This document shows, in pieces, positions 1 through 11,700 of a stretch of DNA of 60,619 nucleotides. The stretch is from Vicugna vicugna (Eukaryota). The stretch is taken from assembly GCA_013265495.1 (NCBI GenBank), contig MU061579.1:5269146-5329764 (forward strand), written 5' to 3'. The notes below the pieces were generated by a model. It made no database searches and was not told the DNA's origin. It saw only the letters and a list, made by a program, of their open reading frames with translations. Every line of letters begins with the position of its first letter. Position 1 is the first letter of the stretch. The translations under genes and the position numbers were made by a program.

Positions 1-1400
1 ATTAGGACATTTATAAAGAGAGAGTGGGATAGTGACATTGGAGAGAGAATATCTGATAGGATTCCAGGGACATGGATAGGATTCCCAAAGCTCACCAAAA
101 ACCTCTGCCAAAATAAGAGAAGGCTGCTTTTGCCTTTTTTTAAACAAATATAATGACTGTACATGAGGAAATGATGTTGATGAAAATGCAAATTCCTCTC
201 ATATTCCTTTCTTAGTTTCATTTATTGCCACAAGATCTATAATAAATATCATATTCAAGATGTTCCAAAGGAGAAACTGCAAAGCCAAAACTCGTATAAA
301 ATGGCTTAGACACCAACTCAATGGCAAGATTTGGCTCATATATTCAAGACAGAAATCTAGGAGTTAAGAGATCTGGTGATAGCTAGATGGAGAAGAAAAT
401 AATATAATAGTGTATTAGGCCCAATTTATGTAAGTGGAACACCTACCAGAAATACCTGAATCAATCTCATAGCTTGAGAAACTAGGAGTGATTTTAACTG
501 CTGGATCATTTGCTGGATTAATCTGGAAATTATTAGTGGTTTGCTTTATATGAAGTTGAAATTCCATGATAAGATATACAGCAAGATATCCAAACACTCA
601 GAGAACTGAAATGTTGGAGTCGGTAGATTGTATGTGATGTAATATTCACCCCCTCAGAATCCAGAGAACATTCTGTCTTCCAAAGCACTGAGAAATATAT
701 TGATGAGTAGAATTTCAACCCTGCAATTCCTCAAAGCTGTTCTATTTGCTATACAGGAAGTGCTACCACTGAAGTAGATTCCCTATTTGGATTTGATTGA
801 TGGATTCCTAGAGTGGCAGAAACAAAGCAGTAACACAAAATTGCTAAAGCAATGCTGTCTTGGTTACTCCAACAGCCAACTACATGCATCTGTAATCAGA
901 ATGTCAACCTGTCAATCTTTGCTGCTGGCCAACTGATGGCATTATGCCTAGGACTCACTGAGTCTCACTAAGATCGTCTTTGATTTACTTAACTGGAGTT
1001 GTGGAAGAGGGGGAGGAGGAAGCCCTCTAATTCTGGAGATTAACTTGAATCTCCTTAAATGGCACTGACCTAATTTTCAGCCCTTAGTCAATTCACAGAT
1101 GCAGAATTCCTTGGAAGAAGCTGCTGGGTTTTATTTTGGAAGGACCCTGAGAGAACTCCAGAAGTACATCTTACTTGCAGTCCTCACCAATGAGACTTGC
1201 AGTCATTTATTAGAGAAAATGTTCTCTGGGTAAGCACATTTTGGAGGCTTTTTGGAAATGTTCTCTGAGCTAACACGAATCCCCAGAAACAGAATTTTAC
1301 GACTGTCCACCAGCAAGAGGGGGCTTATATGGCTCAGTTGATAAATGATCCATAAAGAGCTCAGTAGGACTGAGAACCTATCCTATAGTACTTTTCTCAC
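1..1400 (+). mobile_element. Highly decayed ERVL/MaLR-type (class III) internal region, gag to protease remnant
   Basis: ~1245-1350 resembles the ERVL protease region (LLDTGSELTLIPGDP...GPPVRVGAYGGQVING-like), and ~350-440 is visibly homologous to the ERVL gag at ~9100-9200. No intact ORF. Confidence 0.65.
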
Positions 1401-1411
1401 TTTCAAATCTA

Positions 1412-1790
1412 TAATTTTTAGGTTTATTTTATTATGAAATAATTACGGTTTGACAGGAATATGCAAAGATAGTTCAGAGGGGCCCATCGTACTCTTCACC
1501 CAGTCCTCCCAGAGGTGACATATTACATAAGCATTAATAGGAATTTGATGTTGGCACAATATGTGTATAGTTTCACAACATTCATTACATACAATTAAGA
1601 GCATCCAAGATACGAAACTATTTGATCCAAACAAACAAATCTCCCTTACAATACCTCTGTAGTCATAGTCACACCCACCTGCCTACCCTCTCCGCCACCT
1701 CTAATCCTTGGCACACATTAATGTGTCTTCCACCTCTATCATCTGTAATTTTGTCATTTTGAGAATATTGTCGAAATTGAATTGAAATTA
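1412..1790 (-). mobile_element. Old L1M 3' UTR fragment
   Basis: T-rich start then 'tgcaaagatagt...tactcttcacccagtcctcccaga', typical of an antisense L1MC/MD 3' end. Confidence 0.6.
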
Positions 1791-2049
1791 TTGGTCCATA
1801 AACAGGGCCGGTATATTCTGTTGAAATAGCCGAGTAGAAAACAACTTATATAGAGAGGCTTCCACTAAAAGCTCTAGAAAGGCAGTCCCCTCTCCAGCCA
1901 TTTTGGAGAGTGGACTTGAAAGAAGAAACAAGAAGGGGCTTCCCCTTCCCTTTTCTTTTTCACATGTTTTCTTAAAATTGTATTTTGTTGAAACATTATT
2001 TTGTAACTTTTTAACAGAATATTTAAACGTATCCAGGCTGGGGTTTGAT

Positions 2050-2890
2050 CATTCAGGTCGTAGTGGCCCCAGCTGCTTCGCCACCCCGCAGCCCCCTGAA
2101 TGTGCGCTGCTCCTTCTCGCTTCCCGTTTCCCCTCAGAAACGCCACCTGTTTTCCACCTGCCCAAACCTCCTCTGCTTCAGATCTCAGCACACAAGCGCA
2201 CACAAACCTCATCTCCTCTCACGGCTCTCCGGTTTTCTCTGCTTTCTCAGCTCTCACGGGCCCCTTTCCGCGCCGAGGGCTGACTGCCTCGTCAATCGCA
2301 GGGTTACCGTGAACCTGCGTGGTGCGTGTCGTGCGCGGTGCACGTCGTGCGTGGTGTGCGTCGTGCGTGGTGTGCGTAGTGGTGCGTGTCATGCGCGTGG
2401 TGCGTGTATGCACGTCGTGCACGTGGTGTGCGCGTGCTGCGTGTAGTGGAAGTGCGCGGGAAAGGGCAGCGGGGTTTGTCGGGTCAGGTCGGCTGAGGAA
2501 ACGTCTCAGTGCAGCCAGTTCACCCCTTTAGGCCCGTGCCCCAGGCGACTCAGCTGTCGTGCCGTTAGATCTGTGGGGCTGGAAGAGCCGGCACCCTCTG
2601 GCGGACGGAGGAACTTGTGAACAGGTAGGGAAGAGAGAGGTGGGGCCCCATCAGCCTGTGTGTCTGGGATGAGGTACCGAGTTTCCTCATGTAAATTCAG
2701 ACCCTGCTGCTTAAAGTATGGGCGCGGGGATGCAGCATCAGCGTCGCCTGGGTATATGTTAGCCCGAATCTCAGCCTGTCTCAAACCTGCGAATCTGCGG
2801 ATGGATTTGCATGCAGTAGTATGAGAAGCACAGAGTAGCAGTCTTTTTGACTCACATGCGCGTTAAAGTTTGAGAAATGCTGGCATGCGA
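2050..2890. promoter_or_regulatory. CpG island, probable promoter/first exon of an unidentified transcript
   Basis: The only extended GC-rich, CpG-retaining non-transposon stretch in the window. Contains E-box CACGTG 2420-2425, ETS-like GGAAGT ~2448, MYB-like CCGTTA 2562-2567, X-box-like GTTACCGTGAAC 2303-2314, and candidate + strand donors CAG|GTAGGG (GT at 2625) and GAG|GTACCG (GT at 2674). Confidence 0.7.
2316..2446. repeat. Cryptic low-complexity repeat of GTGC/GCGTG/GTCGT/GTGGT units
   Basis: Directly visible: tgcgtggtgcgtgtcgtgcgcggtgcacgtcgtgcgtggtgtgcg...; very few A on the + strand and a high CpG density. Confidence 0.9.
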
Positions 2891-3039
2891 GTCTCTCAGG
2901 ATTCCCAGTAGGAGGCAGAACACCAACAACCAGCATGAATTTCTGATTGTGATAGGGTTGAGGTCAAATCCTTACTGACTGTTTGAGGGCCACACGGCAA
3001 TTCAGAAAAACAAGAGACCTCCCAGATAGGGTGACTTTG

Positions 3040-3545
3040 GAACTGAGCACAGGAATAACTGAAGACATGGCCGTCGGGGTGTCTGGAGAATAAGCAGCCA
3101 GTGCAGAGGCCCTGGGGCTGGAATGTGCTTAGCATGTTTGATGAAACAGGGAGACTGTGTCTGAGGCAGAGTAAGGGAGGAGACTGTGATAGGAGACCAT
3201 GGGGATGGATTTTGTTGACCATGTAGTTCATGGTGAGGACTTGAGATGCTATCTGAATGTAGTGAGAGGCGATTGGAAGGTTTTGAGTGGAGGAGTCTCG
3301 CGATCTGACTTTTAGCAGGTGTTTCTCCTAGTGATGTGCTGAGAATAGACTGAAGGGAGCAAAACAGGGAGGGCAGGTCAGAGGCAATTGCAGGAATTCT
3401 GGAGAGAGAGGAACAAGGTGGCTTGGACCAGGGTGGAAGCAATGGAGGTAAAGAGACATGTTTAGAAGCTGGTCATATAATGAAAGTAGAGCTGCCAGGG
3501 TTTGCTAATGATTGATTGATGGGTACAAGAGCAAGAGAAGACTCT
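3040..3545 (-). mobile_element. LINE-2 fragment
   Basis: Typical antisense L2 text 'gtgcagaggccctggggctggaatgtgcttagcatgtttg...tggaaggttttgag...ggtggcttggaccagggtgg'. Confidence 0.7.
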
Positions 3546-4539
3546 CCCCAGATCTGCTGTGTACAACTCTCTAGATTAACCTTTCCAGAAGTCTTCACAT
3601 ACACTATCTTGGGGCTCCAGCAGGCTGGGGAAGTTGTCTCCTTAACGGAAAAAAAAAAGTCAGGAAAGTCATCTTATAAAATGATAAAAATTATGAGAGT
3701 AGTTTAAAAAAATTGCCTAGTTGGCAACCCCTAATTTTTTGTTATTGCTGTATTTATACAGCATTATAAAATTCAAAACTTGGAACCCCTGAAATAGAGG
3801 CTGGTTGGTGAGGTCTGTAGTTTTTTTCTTTATTTTTGTTTTGTTTTCCTTGCTGCAGCTCCTGTCTCTCATTATACATTGTCTTGTCCTTAGGTTACAA
3901 GTCTACGAGTCAATCCTTCTCTGCCTTTTTAGACAATGACTTTTTTCTTTTAGTATCTCAGCTATTTGCTGAACAAAATAATGAATGAGTGGATGACTTT
4001 CAGGAGCTAAGAGTCTGGGCTAGATGAGAAATCATTTTTGTATAGTGTGTAAGAATAACATTTTCATTCATCATAGCATATAATTAAGCCTTGGCACATA
4101 TCCTGTTCAAATCTACATTTCAGTAAAGGCTCAAGCATTGCCAGTGTCTGGCAGGTGTTTCTTAATGATGATCATTCAATGGACAATAGGGTTATTTTCC
4201 TTTACTTGGCTTTATCAAACTTGTCCTGTAGGAGGGATGTAGAACCACATCCCACAGTCATTCTTGTGCTGGGAGGTGACCTTCCACAGTCCTGTAGAGG
4301 TGTTTCAGAAATTTCCTCATCCACGAGACAGGTTTGGGCATCAGAGGGCTACTCCAGACAGACTGGAGGAGAATGAAATGCTTCCTTGTATACTACTGAA
4401 TCCTGAAGAGGGTTCATGCCACTACCAGCTAGTTGTGATTTCACTGTGAGAATGTGTTAACCAGGGCTACGAGGATTTTAGAGCAACATTAATCCCCAAC
4501 AGTTTATCCTTTCAATGTCCAAACTGTCCATCTTTCAAT

Positions 4540-5785
4540 TTATTGTTTTCATGACCAAATCTTGCATCTCCAGCATAGACATTTTTTTGTGAGCTTTCAG
4601 ACTCATAAATCCAAATGACTGTTCAACAATTCTGTTCAAACTATTCAAAATCATCTTAAGACCTTAAAGATTTTCAAGTCTGATTTCCTCAAAATTCATA
4701 GAGCCTCTTCATGATGTCTCCAACTCTCATGGTTGGCATGAACAGTTATTTCATTCTTTGCTCAAGACAGGAAATAATCATCCTTCTTAACCCTCTCTTT
4801 CTCTTATTTTGGCTAGTGGTGGGAAGCACTGTAGATTTTGTCTCCTAAATGTCTCTTGAATCTGTCAGATTCTAAGGAGCTCCATAGCCAACCCCTTAAT
4901 CCCCCTCTATCCCAGTTATCATCTCTTGGTGGTTCTCCCACGGTAGCTTATCTTCTCACACCGCCATGGTCTCCATAAATCCAGTCTTCCCAGTTTTGGA
5001 CTTAAGGGTTAAGCAACAAGGTCTTCCTTGACCAGAGTATCTAAATAAGCCACCCAGCCCCACCCCATATAACCTTATATTCTGCTATATAAGTTTCCTG
5101 TAACTACTGTAACTCATTTCCACAAACTTTGTGGCTTGAAACAACAGAGATTTATTCTCTCACAATTCTGGAGATCAGAAGTCCAAAATCAGTATCACTA
5201 GACCAACATCAAGATGTCAGCAGAATCACACTCTGGATGCAATGGGGGAGAATCCATTCTTTGTTTCCTATGTCTGCTGGTGGCTGCCAGCATTCCTGGG
5301 CTCATGGTCACATCACTCCGATCTTCCAGGTCAGAATCTTTACATCTCTCTCTCTGTTCTGTCTTCATATCACCTGCTCTTGTTTGTATATAAAGTCTCT
5401 CTCTGCCTTCCTCTTTTAAGGATACACTTGGTTGTGTTTATTACCCTTTACTCAGATAATCCAGGATAATCTCCCCATTTCAAAAATCCTTAATCACATT
5501 AAAGATTTTCCGTCTGCTTTTTTGACCATAAAAGTTAACATTCACGGGTTCCTGAGATTAAGACTTGGCTATCTTTTGGGAGCTCATTACACCTGATTTA
5601 TTTTTGTTTTTCTTCATAGTACTTGCCACCACCTGATGGATATGTAGTGAATGTTTTCTGTTTACATTTGTTTCCCCAGCTAGAATGTCAACTCCATGAG
5701 GGCAGGACTTTGTCTTAGTCACCACTGTGTCTCCAGTGGAACAGTGCTGGCACATAGTAAGTACTCAGTAAATACTATTGAAAAG
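4540..5785 (+). mobile_element. LINE-2 3' region interrupted by an MLT1 LTR
   Basis: L2 3' terminus at ~5680-5785 (ctagaatgtcaactccatgagggcaggact...tggcacatagtaagtactcagtaaata), with more decayed L2 upstream. Confidence 0.6.
5086..5597 (-). mobile_element. MaLR MLT1-type solo LTR
   Basis: 'ccacaaactttgtggcttgaaacaacagagatttattctctcacaattctggagatcagaagtccaaaatc' is a hallmark of MLT1 in antisense. Confidence 0.8.
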
Positions 5786-6445
5786 ATAGAGACTGAAATA
5801 TTATTGAAACTGATAATGATAATTCAACATGAATTTAAAGTAAAATGGAAAAACAAATAGCTCTTCTCTGTTTAGGTGTGAAGTACATGTTTGAGGAAAA
5901 CTAGAAGTTTATTTACAGATTCATAAAAGAAAAAAAACTTGAATAAATAAAGGGATCTGCAATGCTTCTGAATCAGAAAAGACTCAATATTTTAATATGT
6001 CAGCATTTACTGTAGGGATCAAAATCCCAAATACATTTTTTCTCTAACTTGATCAAGTGACTCAAAAAGGATTTATCTGGAATAAACAGGTGAGTCAAGA
6101 CTTGATAAATGGGAAGATTAATGAGTGAAACTTGGACTACTAATTGTTAAGACATTTAATAAAACTACAGAAGACACAGCTTAAAACCAGAACCTCATAC
6201 ATATAAAACTTGGAAGTAATAAAATAAACATTACAAATAAGAAGGTTAAGGAAAAATTAATCAATACATGTCTCTGAGACAGTTACATAACTGTTTAGGA
6301 AAAACTGGAAGTAGATAGAAGTCTCACCTCCTACCATATATTTAATGTACCAATTAAAATATGGGAACTGGATCTGGCTCTCAGTCCCATGACTTACTAA
6401 CTGTGCACCTTAATGACAAATTGGAATTATAATGGAGTGATCATA

Positions 6446-6893
6446 GTTTAGGGACCCAAAACTGGAATCAGGCTGACATTGTGGATCTGGTCTCAGACAC
6501 GTCCCTGCACCCCTGAGAACTTGGATTTTATGTGAGTACCAAACCCAAATACACCACCAGCTGTATTCAGAACAATATCTGCAAGCTGCAACCTGGTGGT
6601 CTCAAGCTTCCCCCTTGTAACTGTGCAACCATTTCAGACTCCAACCGATCCTTGCTTGACAAGAACTCTTACTTCTTGCCAGCTCCAATTATAATTCTTG
6701 ACAAATAAGTTATGTAACAAACTGTGGCCTTGCAATTTTTGCCTTTATAAGCTTTTTTCTCTTATTTTATAGTCTGATGGAGCGCAGTTTAAGTACTTCT
6801 TGAATCTGTGTTTTGGGGCTGCAGTCCTAACCAATCCCCAGTAAACACCTCTTTATTTCAGTCAGGTCTCCTTTCTGAAATTGTGGTGAAAGT
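6446..6893 (+). mobile_element. Class I (ERV1) 5' LTR
   Basis: TATA-like 'tttataag' ~6744, poly(A)-like 'agtaaa' ~6840, followed directly by a PBS, a splice donor (CAGG|GTGAGT, GT at 7021) and gag. Start is approximate. Confidence 0.65.
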
Positions 6894-6896
6894 AGC

Positions 6897-6914
6897 TGGC
6901 ACAGTTGGCAGGAC
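6897..6914 (+). other. Primer-binding site, tRNA-Ser-like
   Basis: TGGCACAGTTGGCAGGAC vs the complement of the tRNA-Ser 3' end, TGGCGTAGTCGGCAGGAT (14/18; all mismatches are transitions, two at CpG positions). Confidence 0.6.
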
Positions 6915-7221
6915 CTGGGTGACTCCCCGCAGCAGTCCAGCACCTATTCAGACTCTGCATGTGGTACCTACACCAACCCACTGTGTCCCGCCTTCTCTCC
7001 AGTTGCATCAGACCTGCAGGGTGAGTGCTCCTGGATCTGAACCTCCCATTTGGTTGAGGTTCAGGTCTTTAGTTGAGAATTTCTTTTAGATTTTTCTGTC
7101 TCAAATTTGGGTTGAAGGTTTTTCTGTCTTGTGATTCAGATTTCAGATTTTCTGTCTTTGCTACTTGGTGAGAGATTTGGGTTTCAGATATTTTTTCTGC
7201 TTTTGGTGAGTTCTCAGAATA

Positions 7222-7650
7222 ATGGAAAGTTCTTATAGCAAAATTTCAAAGAAATTGTAACCCTCCTCAGGAACCTTTGCCAGCTTTATATTTAATACCT
7301 ATGAACCCCTGTACTGTAACTACTTATCTAAATGGGTCCATTTAACCTGGAATGATTTAAATTTGCATTGGCCAAAGTGGGGAGCTTTCATAATTCCCAA
7401 ATTAGTCTGTCTTCATACACAACTAGAAAAAATATCAGAACCAGACAAAATGAGTGGAAAACATGTTTTACTTGGTATCTAGAGAACTCTAGACTTAACA
7501 CTGAGAAAATTACATCCCTCCCAGATGTAAATGAAAAGTTGACTCAGACTGTTTCTAAACTTAAGAAATCAAATGAAATTCCTCGCTCTCTCCTTCCCCT
7601 GCCCCCAAACTCTTCACCTTCTCCATACCTTTAGCCACCTCTTTCTGATG
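7222..7650 (+). pseudogene. gag: ERV1 gag matrix (MA) remnant, truncated after the Pro-rich region
   Basis: MESSYSK...YLSKWVHLTWNDLNLHWPKWGAFIIPKLVCLHTQLEK, frameshift, QNEWKTCFTWYLENSR...LLPLPPNSSPSPY. The WPxWGxF motif is typical of class I MA. Contains a stop and a frameshift. Confidence 0.75.
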
Positions 7651-8009
7651 AAGGTTACCTTGACTGTGAGCAAGCAGTGTATGGAATTTTGAAGACAGGA
7701 GACCATGTAATTAGATACAGTTTAGTGCTAGTGAAGTTTTGTTTTGGGAAGTAGATTAGCAGGTACTTATTATATTATTAAAATGCATATATATACACGT
7801 GAAATATATATGCTATACATGGGTCAGTGATGAGCTTGTGAGATTGTATCATGAACTGAGGAGTATATTTATCCAATTCTGAGCAATTGAGCTAGGGTAC
7901 TCTAAACTGTATATGTCTATGTATCTGTATATGTATATACATATATACACACACGTATATATGTGTAAACCCACTGACACACATATATTCACTATTATGT
8001 AGCATTTGA

Positions 8010-8690
8010 ATATAAAAATTTAAAAACACTCTTTATAATATTATCCCCAAACATGAAACACTTAAGGATGAATTTAACAAAACATAACTTCCATAGTGAA
8101 ATCAATGAAACATTTCTGAGAGAAATAAAAGAAAAACATAAGTAGATAGAAATGCATACAGTATGGATTAGAGTTCAATATTATAAAAATGTCAGTTCTC
8201 TCCAGATGTAACCATCCATGCAATGCAACCCCAGTCAAAATATCAGTAGGTTTCTTAACGTATAAATTGACAAGATAAGTTTTTAAAAAATTACAGAAAT
8301 TCAAGGGATCTATAGTTAGAAGTAAAATTGATTAGTGAGTATATGGATTTTCACCTTGTTAGGTAATAAATAAAAGATAGTTCTTTTCCAAAGTTGTTGT
8401 AGCAATTTACACATTCCCCAGTAATAAAGAGAGTCCCCATTGCTTGGAACTTTCTTGCTAATACACAATAGTCTTCAGACTTTTACATTTTTGCCAATCA
8501 AATAGATACATAATAGCATCTCTGTGTAATGTTAATTTACATTCCTCTGGTTTTTAAAGATATCACTCATCCTTTTTCGTTTATTGGCCAGTAGACTTTC
8601 TTTTCTGGGGTTATTTCATTTTTTTCTTTGTAATGGGTACATAAACCTCTAAAATCTTTGATTACTTAATATTTTGTCGGTTATATATGT
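8010..8690. mobile_element. Old L1 fragments (sense ORF2 piece ~8010-8320, antisense piece ~8340-8690)
   Basis: L1 ORF2-like text 'caatattataaaaatgtcagttctctccaga...caatgcaaccccagtcaaaatatc' and antisense 'ttccaaagttgttgtagcaatttacacattccc'. Confidence 0.55.
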
Positions 8691-8799
8691 CATCAGTAAT
8701 AATTGTCACAATAATGCTGCATGATAAACAAAAATCATTCATCAATGGCATACAAAATAAACATATATTTACCCCATCAGTTTGAGAGTTGGCTGAGGA

Positions 8800-11700
8800 C
8801 ATTGAAACCTTAAGTTCCAATGAGTCATCTTTCCTATAGAATTAGACAAACCACTCCTATCTGAGAGTATTAACCCTGCTTTACTTAAGAAAACTTTAAT
8901 GGCCTCCCCTGAGATATTTGCTTCTTAAGACACTGTTTATTCTCCTCAGGACGCAACCCCATCACTCTTCGTTTCTTCTAGGCCAGTAACTAGAAGCAGG
9001 CTCCTAAAGGTGGGATACAGTGTGACCCATGAGGATGGGCACTGCATTCCAAAATAACTACTATTTTTCCAACATCTAAATTGGAAAAATCCAATTTATA
9101 CAGATAGATACCTAGGGAGTATGTATAGGAATGAATGTTACAGGGGGGTGATAATAGTGGAAGGAAAATAAAGTTATATCAGATGAAATATGAGCCCATT
9201 AAGCAGAGATTCTGGATTTAATGTTGTAGCTTGGGTTGTTAGAAACATCTCTAACATTTTGTTAGACTGAATAGGTTGGTTGACTGAATGAAACACGAAA
9301 AGATGACCCACAGCAAGTAAGTTAAAACATCAGACCTCCCTTGGTAATTGTAGAGGAAGGGATTCAAAGACTCAGCAAGACTGTTATGTTGGAATGGATT
9401 CATTATTCATGATCCACCCTGAGAGGGTCTGGAGGACATGGCTTTTACCATGACTTTGAAAAATAAATTTGTGAAGGAATCCTTAGTGTCACAAAGCGTC
9501 AGCTCTGATTGCTCTTCTTGTACGTCACAAGTTACATGGAGAAACTGCTGCCACTGGATTGAGAAGCATAAGTGAAATGGAGTAATTGGATCCCAGAACA
9601 GCAGGAGCCAAGTGGCAGCACTCAACTGCCAAAATCAAGACAGGCATGACTACCATAATGAACCATAGCGTCACTGCAGCAGCCTGAATAGTCTGACTTG
9701 AAGAGTGCTGCGGTGTTGGTGAGTTGATCATAGTGTTCCTAGGAGTGAAACAGATGAGGAAGCCTGTGGGGAGCCACTCATGACCTGAGGACGGCCGGCA
9801 CAAAACAGGATAATAAATCTTGAGTGCTAGCGTCAGGCTTTGAGGTTGATCTATCAAAGACAATCTCTGTCGCGCTACCCCTTTGAGATGTTTGCGCCAA
9901 GGAATCTTAAAACCTCAGGAACGTCCTATGCTAATGAGACACTAATGGCCTTTGGGCAAGAAGATACAATCAGCATACAAGTTACTGATCTAAGCATATG
10001 GTGGTTTATGGGAACAATACACAAGTTAATGATTTTACTACACGCTATCAGGTGGTCTTAAGTTTAGAAGACAATGCCTTTGCCTACGTGAAGGAATGCA
10101 CACTCTAGCTGGTTGAAATTGTATAAATTAACTGCTGAAAATAAACTCGTTGTCCATTCTTGGTCTTGCGTCTTGCAGACTTAGAGTGCGACCCTCTCAA
10201 CCCCACCTTTTAGTGTCGTCTTTCTTTTCTCAGTCCTGCAGCACAGGTTTCTGGACCTGCTCGTTGTCGGCTGGCTCCGACAGAAGCCTACTAAATTCTT
10301 ACTTGATCTGTATGAGAAGAAGAGTTCTACATCAAAGGAACAAGATTCCAACTTGAATCATAAAAAGAAAGTCATGATTCTTCAATAAATTCCCAGACTT
10401 GACCAAGTTTGTAGAACTAAAATGTCTTGAATGAAATGGAAGCTAAGTGCCCTTGAAAAAGAACTCTGCTATACTGCCAAAAATTTGTACAATTAATCTT
10501 TCTCCCACCATTCTCCAAAGGGACCTATGAACTTTTATCAGGGTGACTGTGCATTGGGGAAAAGGAAATAATTAGAACTTTTAGAGATTATTAGACATTG
10601 GCTCTGACTGAGGCTAATTTCAGGAGACCCAAAGCATCACTGTGGTCTGCCATTCAGAGTAGGGCCTATTTGTGACCAGGTAATCAGTGGAATTTTAACT
10701 CAGGACCATCCCACAGTGGAGCTGGTAAGTTCCTGATCCTCTCCTGTGATATCTCCCCAGTTCTGGATTGCATCTTGGAGTAGCTATAAATAGCAATGGG
10801 CACAATCCCCACATTGGTTCCCTGACCTGTGGGTTGAGGCTGTTATGGTGGGAAAGCCCTGATGGAAATCATTAGAACTGCTTCTACTTATAAAAATAGT
10901 GAACCAAAAGCAATGCCACATTCCAGGAAGGATTTCAGAAATTATTGTCACCATCAAGGACTTGAAGAATGCAGGAGTGGTGACCACATCCCCATTCAAC
11001 TCACCTGCTTGGGCTGTGAAGAAGACAGATGGATCTTAGAGCATGGCAGTCGATTATCATAAACTTAACTGGGTGGTGATTCTAAGTGCACCTGTTATAG
11101 CAGATGTGATTTAATTGCTTGAGCAGATTAACACATCCCCTGGTAGCTGGTATGTAGCTATTGTTCTAGCACATGCCTTATTCTCCATTTCTGTCTGTAA
11201 GGCCCATCAGAAGCATTTTGTTTTCAGGTGGTAAGGCTAGCAGTACCACTGTCCCACCTCAAGGGTGTATCAGTTCTCCTGCTCTCTGTCACAATTTAGA
11301 TCACACAGGTCTTGACTACCTTTCCCTTGTACAAGATATCACACTGGTCCATTCCACTGACAACGTTTATGCTGATTGGACCTGGTGAGTGAGAAGTAGC
11401 AACTACTATAGACTTATCCTTAGAATATTTCTTTATCAGAGGATAGGAAATAAATCTGAATAAATTAGTGAATTTTTGTACCTCAGTAGGATGTTGAGTA
11501 GCCCAATGATTTGGGGCACATTGGGATATCCCTTCTAAGACGAAGCATAAGCCTGTACTACAGCCAAGAAGGAAGCACAACACCTAGTGGGCCTCTGGAT
11601 TTTGGAGACTACATGTTCCTCATTTGGGTCTGTTACTCTGGTCTATTTACTGAGTGATCCAAAAATCTGCCGGGTTTGAGTGGAGCCAAGAACAAGAGAG

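Noticed and set aside
2316..2446. Possible CRISPR-like or regular tandem array
   Set aside because: No constant repeat-spacer period; eukaryotic context
1874..2784. Several overlapping ORFs of 67-133 aa across the CpG island
   Set aside because: Expected from GC-rich, low-complexity sequence lacking stops; peptides are repetitive (VVCVVR/HTTH) with no recognisable domain
3002..3442. 146-aa minus-strand ORF
   Set aside because: Lies within a LINE-2 fragment; the peptide resembles decayed L2 ORF2
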